DNA from: Hormiphora californensis
Taxonomy: Eukaryota; Animalia; Ctenophora
Assembly: GCA_020137815.1 (NCBI GenBank)
Contig: CM035358.1
Span: forward strand, 3,534,001-3,598,000
Direction: 5' to 3'
DNA: 64,000 nucleotides
Part shown: positions 1 to 11,000 of the stretch, in pieces
Layout of the letters: every line of letters begins with the position of its first letter
How positions within the stretch are numbered: position 1 is the stretch's first letter
Notes under the pieces: model-generated
The model's database searches: none
What the model was told of the DNA's origin: nothing
Seen by the model: only the letters and a program-made list of their open reading frames with translations
Position numbers and translations under genes: made by a program

Positions 1-1170
1 TCAAAGTGGCGTTTTTTCAATTTTTGTTGAAATTTTTAACCTCAGGACCACTTTTTTTGAGATAGAAACATTAAATTCTTGGAATTTGAAGAGAATATAA
101 AGGTGAATAAGCCCAAAGAAGGATTTTTGAAATGGAGCTTATTTCTGGCCATGAGAACGGTTTACTTTTTTGCTTCTTTGACACGCTGGCTGAGAATGTT
201 CCCATGCTTCATTAGAGATGAAAATCTGGAAATAATTGTTCAAAACGATTATCTATGTGGCCCAAAAATTTTGGAACTTTCCCGCCAAAGATGTGGTGTA
301 CAGAGCTTTTTTTGTGAAACCTGTCTTTTTGAATAAGAGGGAAATTCCCTGTATCTCAAAAACGGATGATCGTAGAGACCTGGGACTAAGCTTAATCGAT
401 TCAGAAGGTCCGATTTTGGGGGGGTCTTCTGAGAGACATTTTGCTCCTACTCCAACCGATTTTGCTGTAATTGCGAAAAAGGTATCAGCAAGTAAGGGGG
501 AAATCAGCCCGATGCAGGCTACTGGAATAGAGTTGTTTCCTCTTTTCATAGAATTGGTTTTTTGCAATTACAGCAAAATCGGTTGGAGTAGGAGCAAAAT
601 GTCTCTCAGAAGACCCCCCCAAAATCGGACCTTCTGAATCGATTAAGCTTAGTCCCAGGTCTCTACGATCATCCGTTTTTGAGATACAGGGAATTTCCCT
701 CTTATTCAAAAAGACAGGTTTCACAAAAAAAGCTCTGTACACCACATCTTTGGCGGGAAAGTTCCAAAATTTTTGGGCCACATAGATAATCGTTTTGAAC
801 AACTATTTCCAGATTTTCATCTCTAATGAAGCATGGGAACATTCTCAGCCAGCGTGTCAAAGAAGCAAAAAAGTAAACCGTTCTCATGGCCAGAAATAAG
901 CTCCATTTCAAAAATCCTTCTTTGGGCTTATTCACCTTTATATTCTCTTCAAATTCCAAGAATTTAATGTTTCTATCTCAAAAAAAGTGGTCCTGAGGTT
1001 AAAAATTTCAACAAAAATTGAAAAAACGCCACTTTGAAAATAGGCTGTAGCAAAAATATGAATTCGACTTTAGGGCTAAAATTGCATATTTGAGGTCCAT
1101 TTTGTATGGCCTAAACCCTGGTGAAGTCATTTGGTTGGGCACTCGATGATGAAAAACGCCAGGTGTACCC
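1..1170. mobile_element. Giant foldback (palindromic) non-autonomous DNA transposon, Kolobok-like; left end lies outside the window
   Basis: 1-480 is the near-perfect reverse complement of 558-1037 (mirror ORFs 79..336+ and 702..959-), with a loop at ~481-557. The right end reads GTACCC|TTAA (1170/1171). TTAA with RR..YY termini is the Kolobok signature. A related terminus TTAA|GGGTAC occurs at 45280. Confidence 0.8.
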
Positions 1171-1725
1171 TTAATAAGTTATCATTATATTAACGCATAT
1201 CATAATATTCACACATACAAAGAAGCGATTAGCGACCCAAAAGCCCTCTTCAAAAACTTGAATAGTCAAAATGTCACTTTGATATAAATCCCAGACAATT
1301 ATCACGAATAACTGGCACGCTTTACCAGGGGCAGCACGGTTCCGTCCAATGTGTTCACTGCTCAATCACATATTATATCAAGCAATAACAGCTGGTAGCA
1401 GGAAGCCCATCCTGTGTAAAAAGACTTAGGACAATATTAGTTGGTAATAGGACATAAAACTGTATTTGTGAGCAGTTAATACTACTGTAAGGGTAACGCC
1501 CTCACCGAGTGACACGAAATGACGGTGGTGTTCGGATTATGATATCTGAGTAAGAAACGTGGTTAGTATTTCGGCTTGGTACGCACTGATCACACACATG
1601 CAGGGGTATATCTGAGGGGTATTACACCTAGATACCGGGACCTATAACGGGGCTTATACCGGGGCATGTAACAGAAATTATAACGGGACAAATAAACCCT
1701 ATAGCCATGCCTGCTATTCTATCAG

Positions 1726-1772
1726 TTGGTTACGAAGTCACCCCTCGCGCGGAGGGATAATTTCATTACCAA
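1726..1772. mobile_element. 47-bp MITE (TTGGT..ACCAA termini, 9-bp TSD, Mutator-like)
   Basis: TIRs ttggttacgaagtcacccct / agggataatttcattaccaa; TSD TTCTATCAG at 1717-1725 and 1773-1781. Confidence 0.75.
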
Positions 1773-1820
1773 TTCTATCAGCAAGTTGGAACATGCTCAA
1801 CTGTTCAAACCTTTACGTAC

Positions 1821-4676
1821 CGATTGCCTCTCTGTAAAAGGTGACATAACCATTAAAACTGATATAGTTAACGGTACTCCAATCTGGGCATGCAGGGGGG
1901 AATTCAATCACCCCCAGTAGAACACCGTTGTGTTCAAGTATCATGGCATTCTGTCTCATTGTAATCTTCCATACAGTTTCATTCACTGGTTGTTTTGTCT
2001 TAAACAAGTGAAAATCGTTCTCATCGTCACAATTTATACTGAACCGATTATTGGCAAAAGTCCCGCCTGGGGGTATCTGGCTATATATGAGTATAAGATC
2101 GTTGGTCTCATAATCCTCTAAACTGCTCCATAGATCTATTCTAATCGACTTGAAGGAGCGTATCTCTACTGCTGCATTCTTGATTTCAATTGGTTGAGTT
2201 TCCAGGTCCCATGGAATTTTAGCATCTGTAATTACTGGCTGCCACCCTGAAACACATTTCTGTTGCACCCAAACTCTCCTCGCACTGCTCAGAACTTTTT
2301 ATTATTTATTTTCTGATCAGATTGAGAATTTTGGGTGGGTTGGTAGGTGCTCAATATGATCATAGTGGCAATATCATAGAATAGAGGTAAGCCACGGCGT
2401 GCCCCAGAGTAGTTTAACATTTGTTTGAGTGACCACCTCCAATTCCGGTTGTAACTAGTCGGGAAGACCTCCCTGAAGGTCGTGGCGGAGCGGGAATAAT
2501 CATGTAGACCCGCTGCGGCTTCAGAAAATTGAGAAAAAGATAGCTATATTTTTTTTCACTTTGAAAATAAGAAATTTTCACAGATACCGCCTTTTTCTAC
2601 AAGATGTGGTTGTCCCCGACCTATTTTTGCACGTAGAATCGAATGCCGCTGGAGTCAAATCTTTAAAATGTAGGCAAAATGGAGAAAATCGCGTTTTTAG
2701 GTGTTTTTTGGTGAAAAAAGCGTCCAAACTGGTACTAGTTGATAAGATAGGGTCCCAAAAATATCACAAATCGATTTTTTGGGTCCTTTTCGCCCTAGAA
2801 GCAGAGTTTTATGATAATCCAGTACAACGCCTATTCTCCGCTTACTTTCAAAGAAAGTGAATATTGCTCTAATTTAGCCAATTTTGAAGAAAAGTCGTCC
2901 AAAACGATACTAGCTGACAGGATAGAGTCCCAATAACTTAAAAAATGTCATTTTTAGGCCTTTTCTACCCTAAAAACAAATTTGCTTGGCGATAAGCCAT
3001 CTCGGTAGGCCTCTGAAGTAAGTGGAAATAGCCATGATATAGCGATTGTGGCAAATGAATGTGAATAAACGCTTATCAAACCTACTTTAGCATCATGTAT
3101 GACCTATTTCTGGACTTCTGGACTATGCAAGAGCCACTCTTCAACTTCACAGTTTCAGAGATAGGACATACATGATGCTAAAGTAGGTTTGATAAGCGTT
3201 TATTCACATTCATTTGCCACAATCGCTATATCATGGCTATTTCCACTTACTTCAGAGGCCTACCGAGATGGCTTATCGCCAAGCAAATTTGTTTTTAGGG
3301 TAGAAAAGGCCTAAAAATGACATTTTTTTAAGTTATTGGGACTCTATCCTGTCAGCTAGTATCGTTTTGGACGACTTTTCTTCAAAATTGGCTAAATTAG
3401 AGCAATATTCACTTTCTTTGAAAGCGAAGGGCGGAAAAATTAGGGCTTGACATTATATTATCAATGACGAATTGGTCACCTTTGATATAATCCAGACCAA
3501 CATCAGAATACTGCACGCTTACGGGTCAGATGGTATCCGCGTCCGTGTGTTGGAGAATTTCACTCATCACAAGTACATTAAAGCAAATACGTACAGGCCC
3601 TCTGTAAAAGGACAAATTATGTATAGGACGTACTGATTGTGAGATTAATACCCGTAGAACCCTGGTAACGAATGACGGTGTTGGAAATTTGAGTGGAGCG
3701 TGTTAGATTTCGTTTGTCGCTCAAACACACACCATCACTGCAGGGTATTGGGGATTCACTGTGGACAATAGTTTATCAAACAGATAGGAAAACAACCATG
3801 TGTTTTACTTACAACACTCTGGAATATTTATACAATTCTTGCTTGGCATGCTCTTGTTCAACTTACAACCTCACTCTAAAAAGGTAATAAAAAACGATTG
3901 TTCTATTCGTTGGCATGATTAAACAGGAGTTTTTAACATACCAAAAATTCAGTGTGGGTGGGTAGATATTTGGCATTGCAATGCTCGAAACTACCACAAC
4001 CTACACAAATTGTCATTTGATTCGGTCACTTCACTAAGACATGGTTTTCTCATTGTAATTTTAAGTTTCATTCCCTGTTGTTGCTAAACAAGCTATAAAT
4101 GTGTTCAGTCACAATTTATACTGAACCGATTAACAATCTAACTACATATATGAGTTCAATTGGCCAAATCAAATCTCAGAAGCTATTCTACACCTAAAAC
4201 TTTCTTGCTATGCGCACTCTACTTTAAGTATATGGCATTCGTCCATGAATTTTCCATCGTTAATTCACTGGTGATGCTGAAACACATGTTCTGTTGCACC
4301 AACATTACTGACCGTTATCAAATACTTTTATATTATTGCTATATGATATAAATCTTTGGTCTGGTAGTGCTCAAATGATCCATAGGATATTCATAGAATG
4401 AGGTAGAAGGACCTAATCTCTGTCTACGCTGATATCTGATTATTGTATTTCCAGGTGGAATAGATTGAAATACTGTCCACACTGAACACATTTGAACCAA
4501 ACCTCCCGCATCGGTTAGACTGTATACTGATTACTGATCGGAAAGTTTTGGAGGGTTGTATTCAATAGACAGTGCATATCAGCTGAATAGGTAAGCATAA
4601 TAATCTCCCTACCTGATAGATGAGTATTTCCCAGGTGAATTGAAATAGTCAGCAGCAAACAAACCAAACACCGCAT
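1821..4676 (-). CDS. Secreted protein with a ctenophore-expanded beta-rich domain ([12 protein letters not shown]...VWKITM...HNGV); multi-exon, 3' end uncertain
   Basis: Signal-peptide exon 4613-4676 ([23 protein letters not shown] donor). Domain exon ~1821-2285 ends at a GTACGT donor. A possible small further exon lies at ~1506-1545. The family assignment is from recall. Confidence 0.6.
2393..3424. mobile_element. Chapaev-like foldback element, right arm truncated
   Basis: Starts CACGGCGTGCC like the 13008 element and shares CCTATTTTTGCACGTAGAATCGA with it. Perfect palindrome 2845-3424 centred at ~3135. Confidence 0.7.
3425..4560. other. Degraded, indel-rich direct copy of neighbouring sequence (probable assembly noise)
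   Basis: 3470-4410 is colinear with 1270-2390 (e.g. gtcacaatttatactgaaccgatt in both). 4410-4512 resembles 4600-4680. Confidence 0.65.
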
Positions 4677-4774
4677 ATCGGTGATATGGGAACTGAACTT
4701 GTGGGAACAGGTTTTTGCAGGGTTTATATTCGAGCCAGCTGTATAATGACTTGGAAATGGAAAAATAATTTTTG

Positions 4775-4776
<2 letters not shown>

Positions 4777-4827
<51 letters not shown>

Positions 4828-4891
4828 AGAGAAAGAGAAAGAGAAAGAGAAAGAGAAAGAGAAAGAGAAAGAGAGGGAGAGAAGGAGAGAG
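4777..4891. repeat. (GA)n/(GAAAGA)n microsatellite
   Basis: Direct reading. Confidence 0.95.
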
Positions 4892-5073
4892 ACGGACACC
4901 TGTTATTGTTCCAAACCGCCCCTACCCCAGACAATGACTTATACCGTTAACTACTCGTGCCACTATCCTACCCAATCGGTGCACTATTAGGAAAAAATAT
5001 TCACTAACGACTCAAACTACTTCATTGCTATATCTATACTCTCCACACCTGTCTCTAATTCTTTTTCCCTCAG

Positions 5074-8000
5074 GATGCCCAACTAGACTCACCTAGCCGA
5101 CCTGCTATTTTCAATTTTGGCTCAACAACCGCGGACGATGCCCTTTCTGTTGCAGTGAGGACGGCTAACGTTAAAATGGTGGCCCGACTTCTCCTGTACG
5201 GGGCGGCATCGCATATCACAGTATGCCCCCTAACCTACTATCCAGATTCTCAGTCTCAAGAGGTATTTTAGGAGTGATTGGTAAGAAGCCCGATTTCAGA
5301 TTTAGCTTGCACATTCAGGGCAGTAGGTAAACGGAGAAATGTCACATCCAACACCGGCGGAAAATATCTCTGGATCCGATCAGAGTTTTTGTGTGTTTGG
5401 AGCGCGCGGTCGTGTTGATTTGGGGTATTGCGCGCGTTGGGTAGACCCGTGGGAAAAAAGCGTGGGAAAATTGAGACCGCTCACCCATTTTCAACACAAA
5501 CTCCGCAGGTTTTTACCTGGATGGTACTGATGTTTGTGGCTGTGGGCTACAAATTCACACAGGATGACAAGGAGACAATTTCCAAGAAGATGGGAGATTC
5601 AGCGGATATTTTCTCGCTGTACATGGACAGAGGTCTGGTGTGTCTGGAGGAGTCAGGAGATAACCTCAAGGTCCGCCTCTCAGACTAGATATGTTAACCC
5701 TTCCCATGACTCCCTCGTTTTAATCAATATGAGATATATAAGACTTGTTTCTCCCCAAAACCCCCGCTCATTGCCCCCCCCCCCCCCCCCCTGATAATGC
5801 TCCCGCCACACCAGAGCTCTCTCTCCTTGATAATAATTAATCATTAATCCCCCACACTAGATTTCACCTCTGAAGATGGTTCTAGATCGTAATGACAAGG
5901 GAGCCTACAAGGACGTAGTAAAGTTGATCATGATCGGAGAGGTTAAAGCTCACTTTAAAAAGGACATTCCGAGTCTGGGGGTCAACATAAAACAGGTCAG
6001 TGACTGCTACTCAGGCTCATATAAACTGTGGTGAATGTGTGTGAATTGGAATGATGTTCGTTTGTGAATGATGTTCGTTCTTTTGTTTGGTCAGTTGACC
6101 ACTCCGACTTCAAAATGAAACACATGATATAAGCTGGTAATTAATTCAGTTGCAATTAATGACACATATGGGCGTGTCGGCACTGCCCATCACCGCACCT
6201 CACGGTTCCACAGGGGCACCCATCAGCGTTAGTTCCATTGCAGTCATCATCGTCCTTGGGGACATAGTCAGCATCGTTGTCATATCGGTTGGTCTTGGAC
6301 ATCTTGGGGACAGCTCCATGATCAAAGATCTGGCAGCCATGGTGCCCTCGTCGGGTGTAGAAGTATCCTTTCATGCCCCAGGGTCCCCAGGAGTTCTTAA
6401 CAATCATGGCAGAGTGAGTATATCTGGGGAGGGGGAGGGTTGTTAGTGAGTGTATCTGGGGAGGGGGAGGGTTGTTAGTGGCAGAGTGAGTGTATCTGGG
6501 GAGGGGGAGGGTTGTTAGTGGCAGAGTGAGTGTATCTGGGGAGGGGGAGGGTTGTTAGTGGCAGAGTGTATCTTTGGGAGAGGAGGGTTGTTAGTGGCAG
6601 AGTGTATCTTGGGGAGAGGAGGGTTGTTAGTGGCAGAGTGAGTATATCTGGGGAGGGGGAGGGTTGTTAGTGGCAGAGTGAGTATATCTGGGAGGGGAGG
6701 GAGGGTTGTTAGTGAGTGTATCTGGGGGTTTTTAATGGGGGGAGTGGGGGTGTTAGTGGGACAGGGAGCTATTGGGATCAGAAGGAGAGTGGAACGGCTA
6801 TGCCCATATATGGCATGTCACCATGACAACAACTCACCCAACAGCGGTGACGGCGTGGTTAGCGAAAGATTTGCAAGGTGTTATCAGCAATGATTCCCTC
6901 GGTATACTTGAAGAAGTTATCGGTAACCTGTAGTTAAAATAGGGGCTGGTTTTCAGTTTCTCTCACACTTTGTTTTCATTTCAAGTGTCTTCAACAACTA
7001 CTCAATCATCATCATTTTCCAACTAACCTCGTAGGCGACGGAGACGGCTCCCTGGTTCAGCATGGAGATCATGTTGCTCTCTCCCTTGGGGATGAATCTA
7101 GCTCCAGTGATTTCAGCAGCGATCAGTCCGTTGTGCACGTTTCCGTAGTTGCAGCTAAGGGAGGAGGAAGGTGGTTTTAATGACTTAGAGAAGGAGTTAT
7201 AGGATAGGAAACTACGGTACATTAGTGAATACGTTTGTGTTTTCTGGCTGGGCATTAGTGAATTATATATCTGGGGATTAGGACCCTCTCTCAGTTTCAA
7301 TGACTCATTACCGGTCCCTCTCTCAGTTTCAATGACTTACTACTGGTCCCTCTCTCGGTAGGGGACGGCATCAGAGGTGGCGAGTCGGTGGTCCTTGGCA
7401 GAGTACTCCCAGGCCTGGTAGTACCAACCCCCCTGGCATCCGTCCCTTCCCCTCTCACTCTCGTAGGTACAGTCCAGATACTCCTGGTTTAGTGTGGGAA
7501 TGGGTTAGTAATTAGTAACAGGTAATTAGTTAGTAATTAGTGTAATTAGGAGGGAGACGGAGTTGAGGTAATTGTAAAGATTTGATAGCAAGGGTTGAAT
7601 ATTTTGAAAAGTCGTACCTGCTCAGCGAAAGCCTTCCTCTTGTTGGTGGTGACAGCGTAGTTGGTCTCGACAGCTCCGACGGCAGAGAACGCCCAGCAAG
7701 ATCCACAGCCTCCCTGGTTCTTGACTCCAGTTACCTTACCCTGCAGGGAGAGAGAGAGGAGTGCTGTTAGGGGGGGGGGGTGCTGTTAGGGGAGGGGGTT
7801 GTTAGGGAGGGAGTGTTGTTAGGGGAGGGGGGTTGTTAGGGAGGAGCAAAATGATGGTATTTAGTATTTTGGAGTATTTTGGAGATAGAGGAAAAGCACG
7901 CTTTTGAGAGAGAAATTGTAGTCTTAGTAACCATGGGCGGGGATAAGGGAAGTAGTAAAACGTGGTTGAGCAGCGCTTGTGACCATATTAGGTAATAACT

Positions 8001-11000
8001 GCACCAGCCAGTTAACAGGTTTACCTGGGATCTCCAGTCCACACTACTAGCGGCAGGAGCAGAAGAGAGGAGGGGCTCGGGCAGGACATTGACATCAGAG
8101 GTGAATGTTGAGACCAAGATAGGACTGTTTCTCAGCAGCAGTCATGCCACTGAACATGTTGACTCCTGATAGGGAATAATGTTTGTTAATTAAGGCTAAT
8201 GTTAGTTAATTAATGGCATGATTAATTAAGGGAATGTGTAATTAACAAGATAAATTGTTGAATATGATTGGCCTAGGGGGATCTGGATCTGGTAAATTAG
8301 TGGAGAACTCAAGAGGTGTATATTATCTATTGGGGTGTATTACAGGGAGAGATACAGGGAGAGAGGTGTATATTATCTATTGGGGTGTATTACAAGGGGT
8401 ATGGTTCTTACCAGAAGTCCAGTCGTTCTCCTTGTTCAGCTGCACCACTTTCTTCAGGTCAGCCCTGAACAGCCTGAATCGGAGGGGCTGCTCAGCGGCA
8501 CTGTACAGCTTCCCATACTTCGCACTGTACTCGTTGAAGAGGTTCTTCAGAGCTAGGGGGCTCTGGAGGACTCCCTCATAGTCGAGAGCAGCGGTCAGGC
8601 AGACGATGGACAGTAGAATCAGACACTTCATGATGATGAGAGATGTTGGGGAGTGAGCGGTGGGGTCGGAGTTTTATAGTGGGACAATGAACACCAGATG
8701 GGATACTGTGAGATCGGGCCAATCTGGTTAGCACTTATTTAGTGCTTTAGTCTCCACACCTTACCTGATTATTCTACTCTTACAGCGGCCGTTTATTTTA
8801 TTAGATACTGATTTTATATGCTAACTCGATAATGGCCGCCATAGCTCCCTCTTTTTTGACGCTTTATTAAGCTTTTTGAGGCTGCCCTGCAACTGTCAGG
8901 AGCCGGACAATCACGGCGCCAGACAGGCCCAGGACGTGAAAGGAGACTATGAGAGGGAGAGAGCGAGGGGGACCAAGGGAGAGAAATTCATTTTTTTGTT
9001 CAAAAAAAGACTAAATGAACATTTAGAGAGCGAGAGAGTGAAGAGTATTATGAGTTCTTCAAAGACATAACCATACCCCTTTTAGCATACCTATTATACG
9101 GGTTTCACTTGTCTCGTGCCTTTATTGCAGTGAAAGCATTCAAACCCATTAACTCAAGTATATTCCTGCGATAAAAGCATGTGACCTCCTCCCTCTCAAT
9201 GTGACCTCCTCCCCTCTCTCAATTGACCTCCTCCCTCTCAATTGACCTCCTCCCTCTCTAAATTGTCCTCCTCCCTCTCAATTGACCTGCTCCCCTAGCT
9301 CTCTAAATTGTCCCATATTTTCAGGTGCTACACTGCGTCCACAAGAACTGCAAGACCAGTAAATTGACGTCTGAAGCCGTGGCAGAGTTGACTCAGCTAA
9401 TGGACGGCCAGTCACCCAGGGAGGGTGAGAGTAGCTCCTGTTCTCTGGTTACCAAGGTTACAGAAACCGCAGAGGTGAGTTATAATACAGGGTGTTCACT
9501 AAATTGTTGAACTCTTTTCGATGTTATTCCAAATTTATTTATCATCCTGAATAATACGTAGCTTTTTGCTCCGTGGAAGACACCTTTTTGCCTTTCAGTT
9601 AGTTATCTCATTTCCAGTTATTTCGTATTCACTAAAGAGCAAAGATAACGATAATTTCAGCAATATTAAATAACACATAATTAGTACATCAAATATTGTT
9701 TACAATTATATAATAGAATATCTTCGTCCAGCATATTTATTACCAATATTTATTACCGATTACGATAGCTGTATTACGAATATGTACTTATTTTGTCTAG
9801 ACAAAATACTATACAAGATGTTAAACTACTACGAGTAAGCTGATAGCCTGTCTTTTAACAAGTTTCGGTGCATCATGACATCTCTCAGAATCTCTCCATT
9901 CAATTGAGTGAGAAGGTATATATTTCAAATCCATCTTGTCATTGAATTGCATGTAATGAGGTGAAAAGATATTCTGAGAGGTGTCATGACGTACCGACAC
10001 CTACTCGTGTGCTCCGCTCAGAACGGAGTGACAGAGTGGTCAGGCATCATGCTGAGACTGACAGCTGGTAACTGCCGACAATACCGACATCAAACATCAT
10101 CAATAATTATTATATAGAGTACTAATCGATATATTAGAGTTACAATCGAACAGCTCCTGAGCTCAATATGTCACACTAAATATCTGTCCACATACTATAT
10201 CCTATTCCACTTTCTTGGCCCCGTTCTCCTCAACAGTGACGGTAGAAGCGAGGGCTAGGGGTGCAATAACGAGCACATGGCACACAAGATGCATGGCAGC
10301 CATGGCAACATACCGCTCTACACCACTGGGTAGAACACCACACAGCACCACACTAACCATCACCATGACACCCAGTTGTAGGATCACCTCCCGTGTCATA
10401 TCACCCATGAGGGCGTGCTTCTGGGCGGGGGAGCGACCACCAGCGAAACTAACACACATATAGTAGAAGGGAGGTCCGAAGAGAAGGAAGAAGATGATGT
10501 AGGCATCACGGAACCTGGTCGTGGAGAAGAAGGAGAGGAAGGAGTAGGGGACACCAGCGTGAAACTCGTCATAAGAGCCAGAGTACATGAAGGTGTCGTA
10601 GAACATGCCCTGAAGGGGGGGGGCTGGTTTAGGAAGAACTAGTATTGAAAAAGAAAACGTAAATTATAGTGATATTGAGTTGAACAAAGCTAGTTTCAGG
10701 GAAACAGAAAGTGGTATATCACACTACCTGAGCAGTGAAAAACACAGTGAATGCTCCCAGGGAGGTTCTCATGAGTATTTTCACTCCAAAGTTCTGGAGA
10801 AGAAACATACTGATCCAATATCCTACCACTGTTATCATCTAGATCAAGGGTAGTTGTAGTTAGATCTGGACCTTCATTTGGGATCCAAATATATGGGGTC
10901 TTATAGGTGTATTAGTACTGGTGATAGCTGCAAGTTGTATCATATGTTGTCTCTGTTATAGGTACACGTGGCATGTGGGCTAAGCTATTAAACTTACCAC

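Noticed and set aside
79-959. Paired identical ORFs on opposite strands (also 13098-14258)
   Set aside because: They are mirror products of foldback arms with no recognisable domains or transposase motifs.
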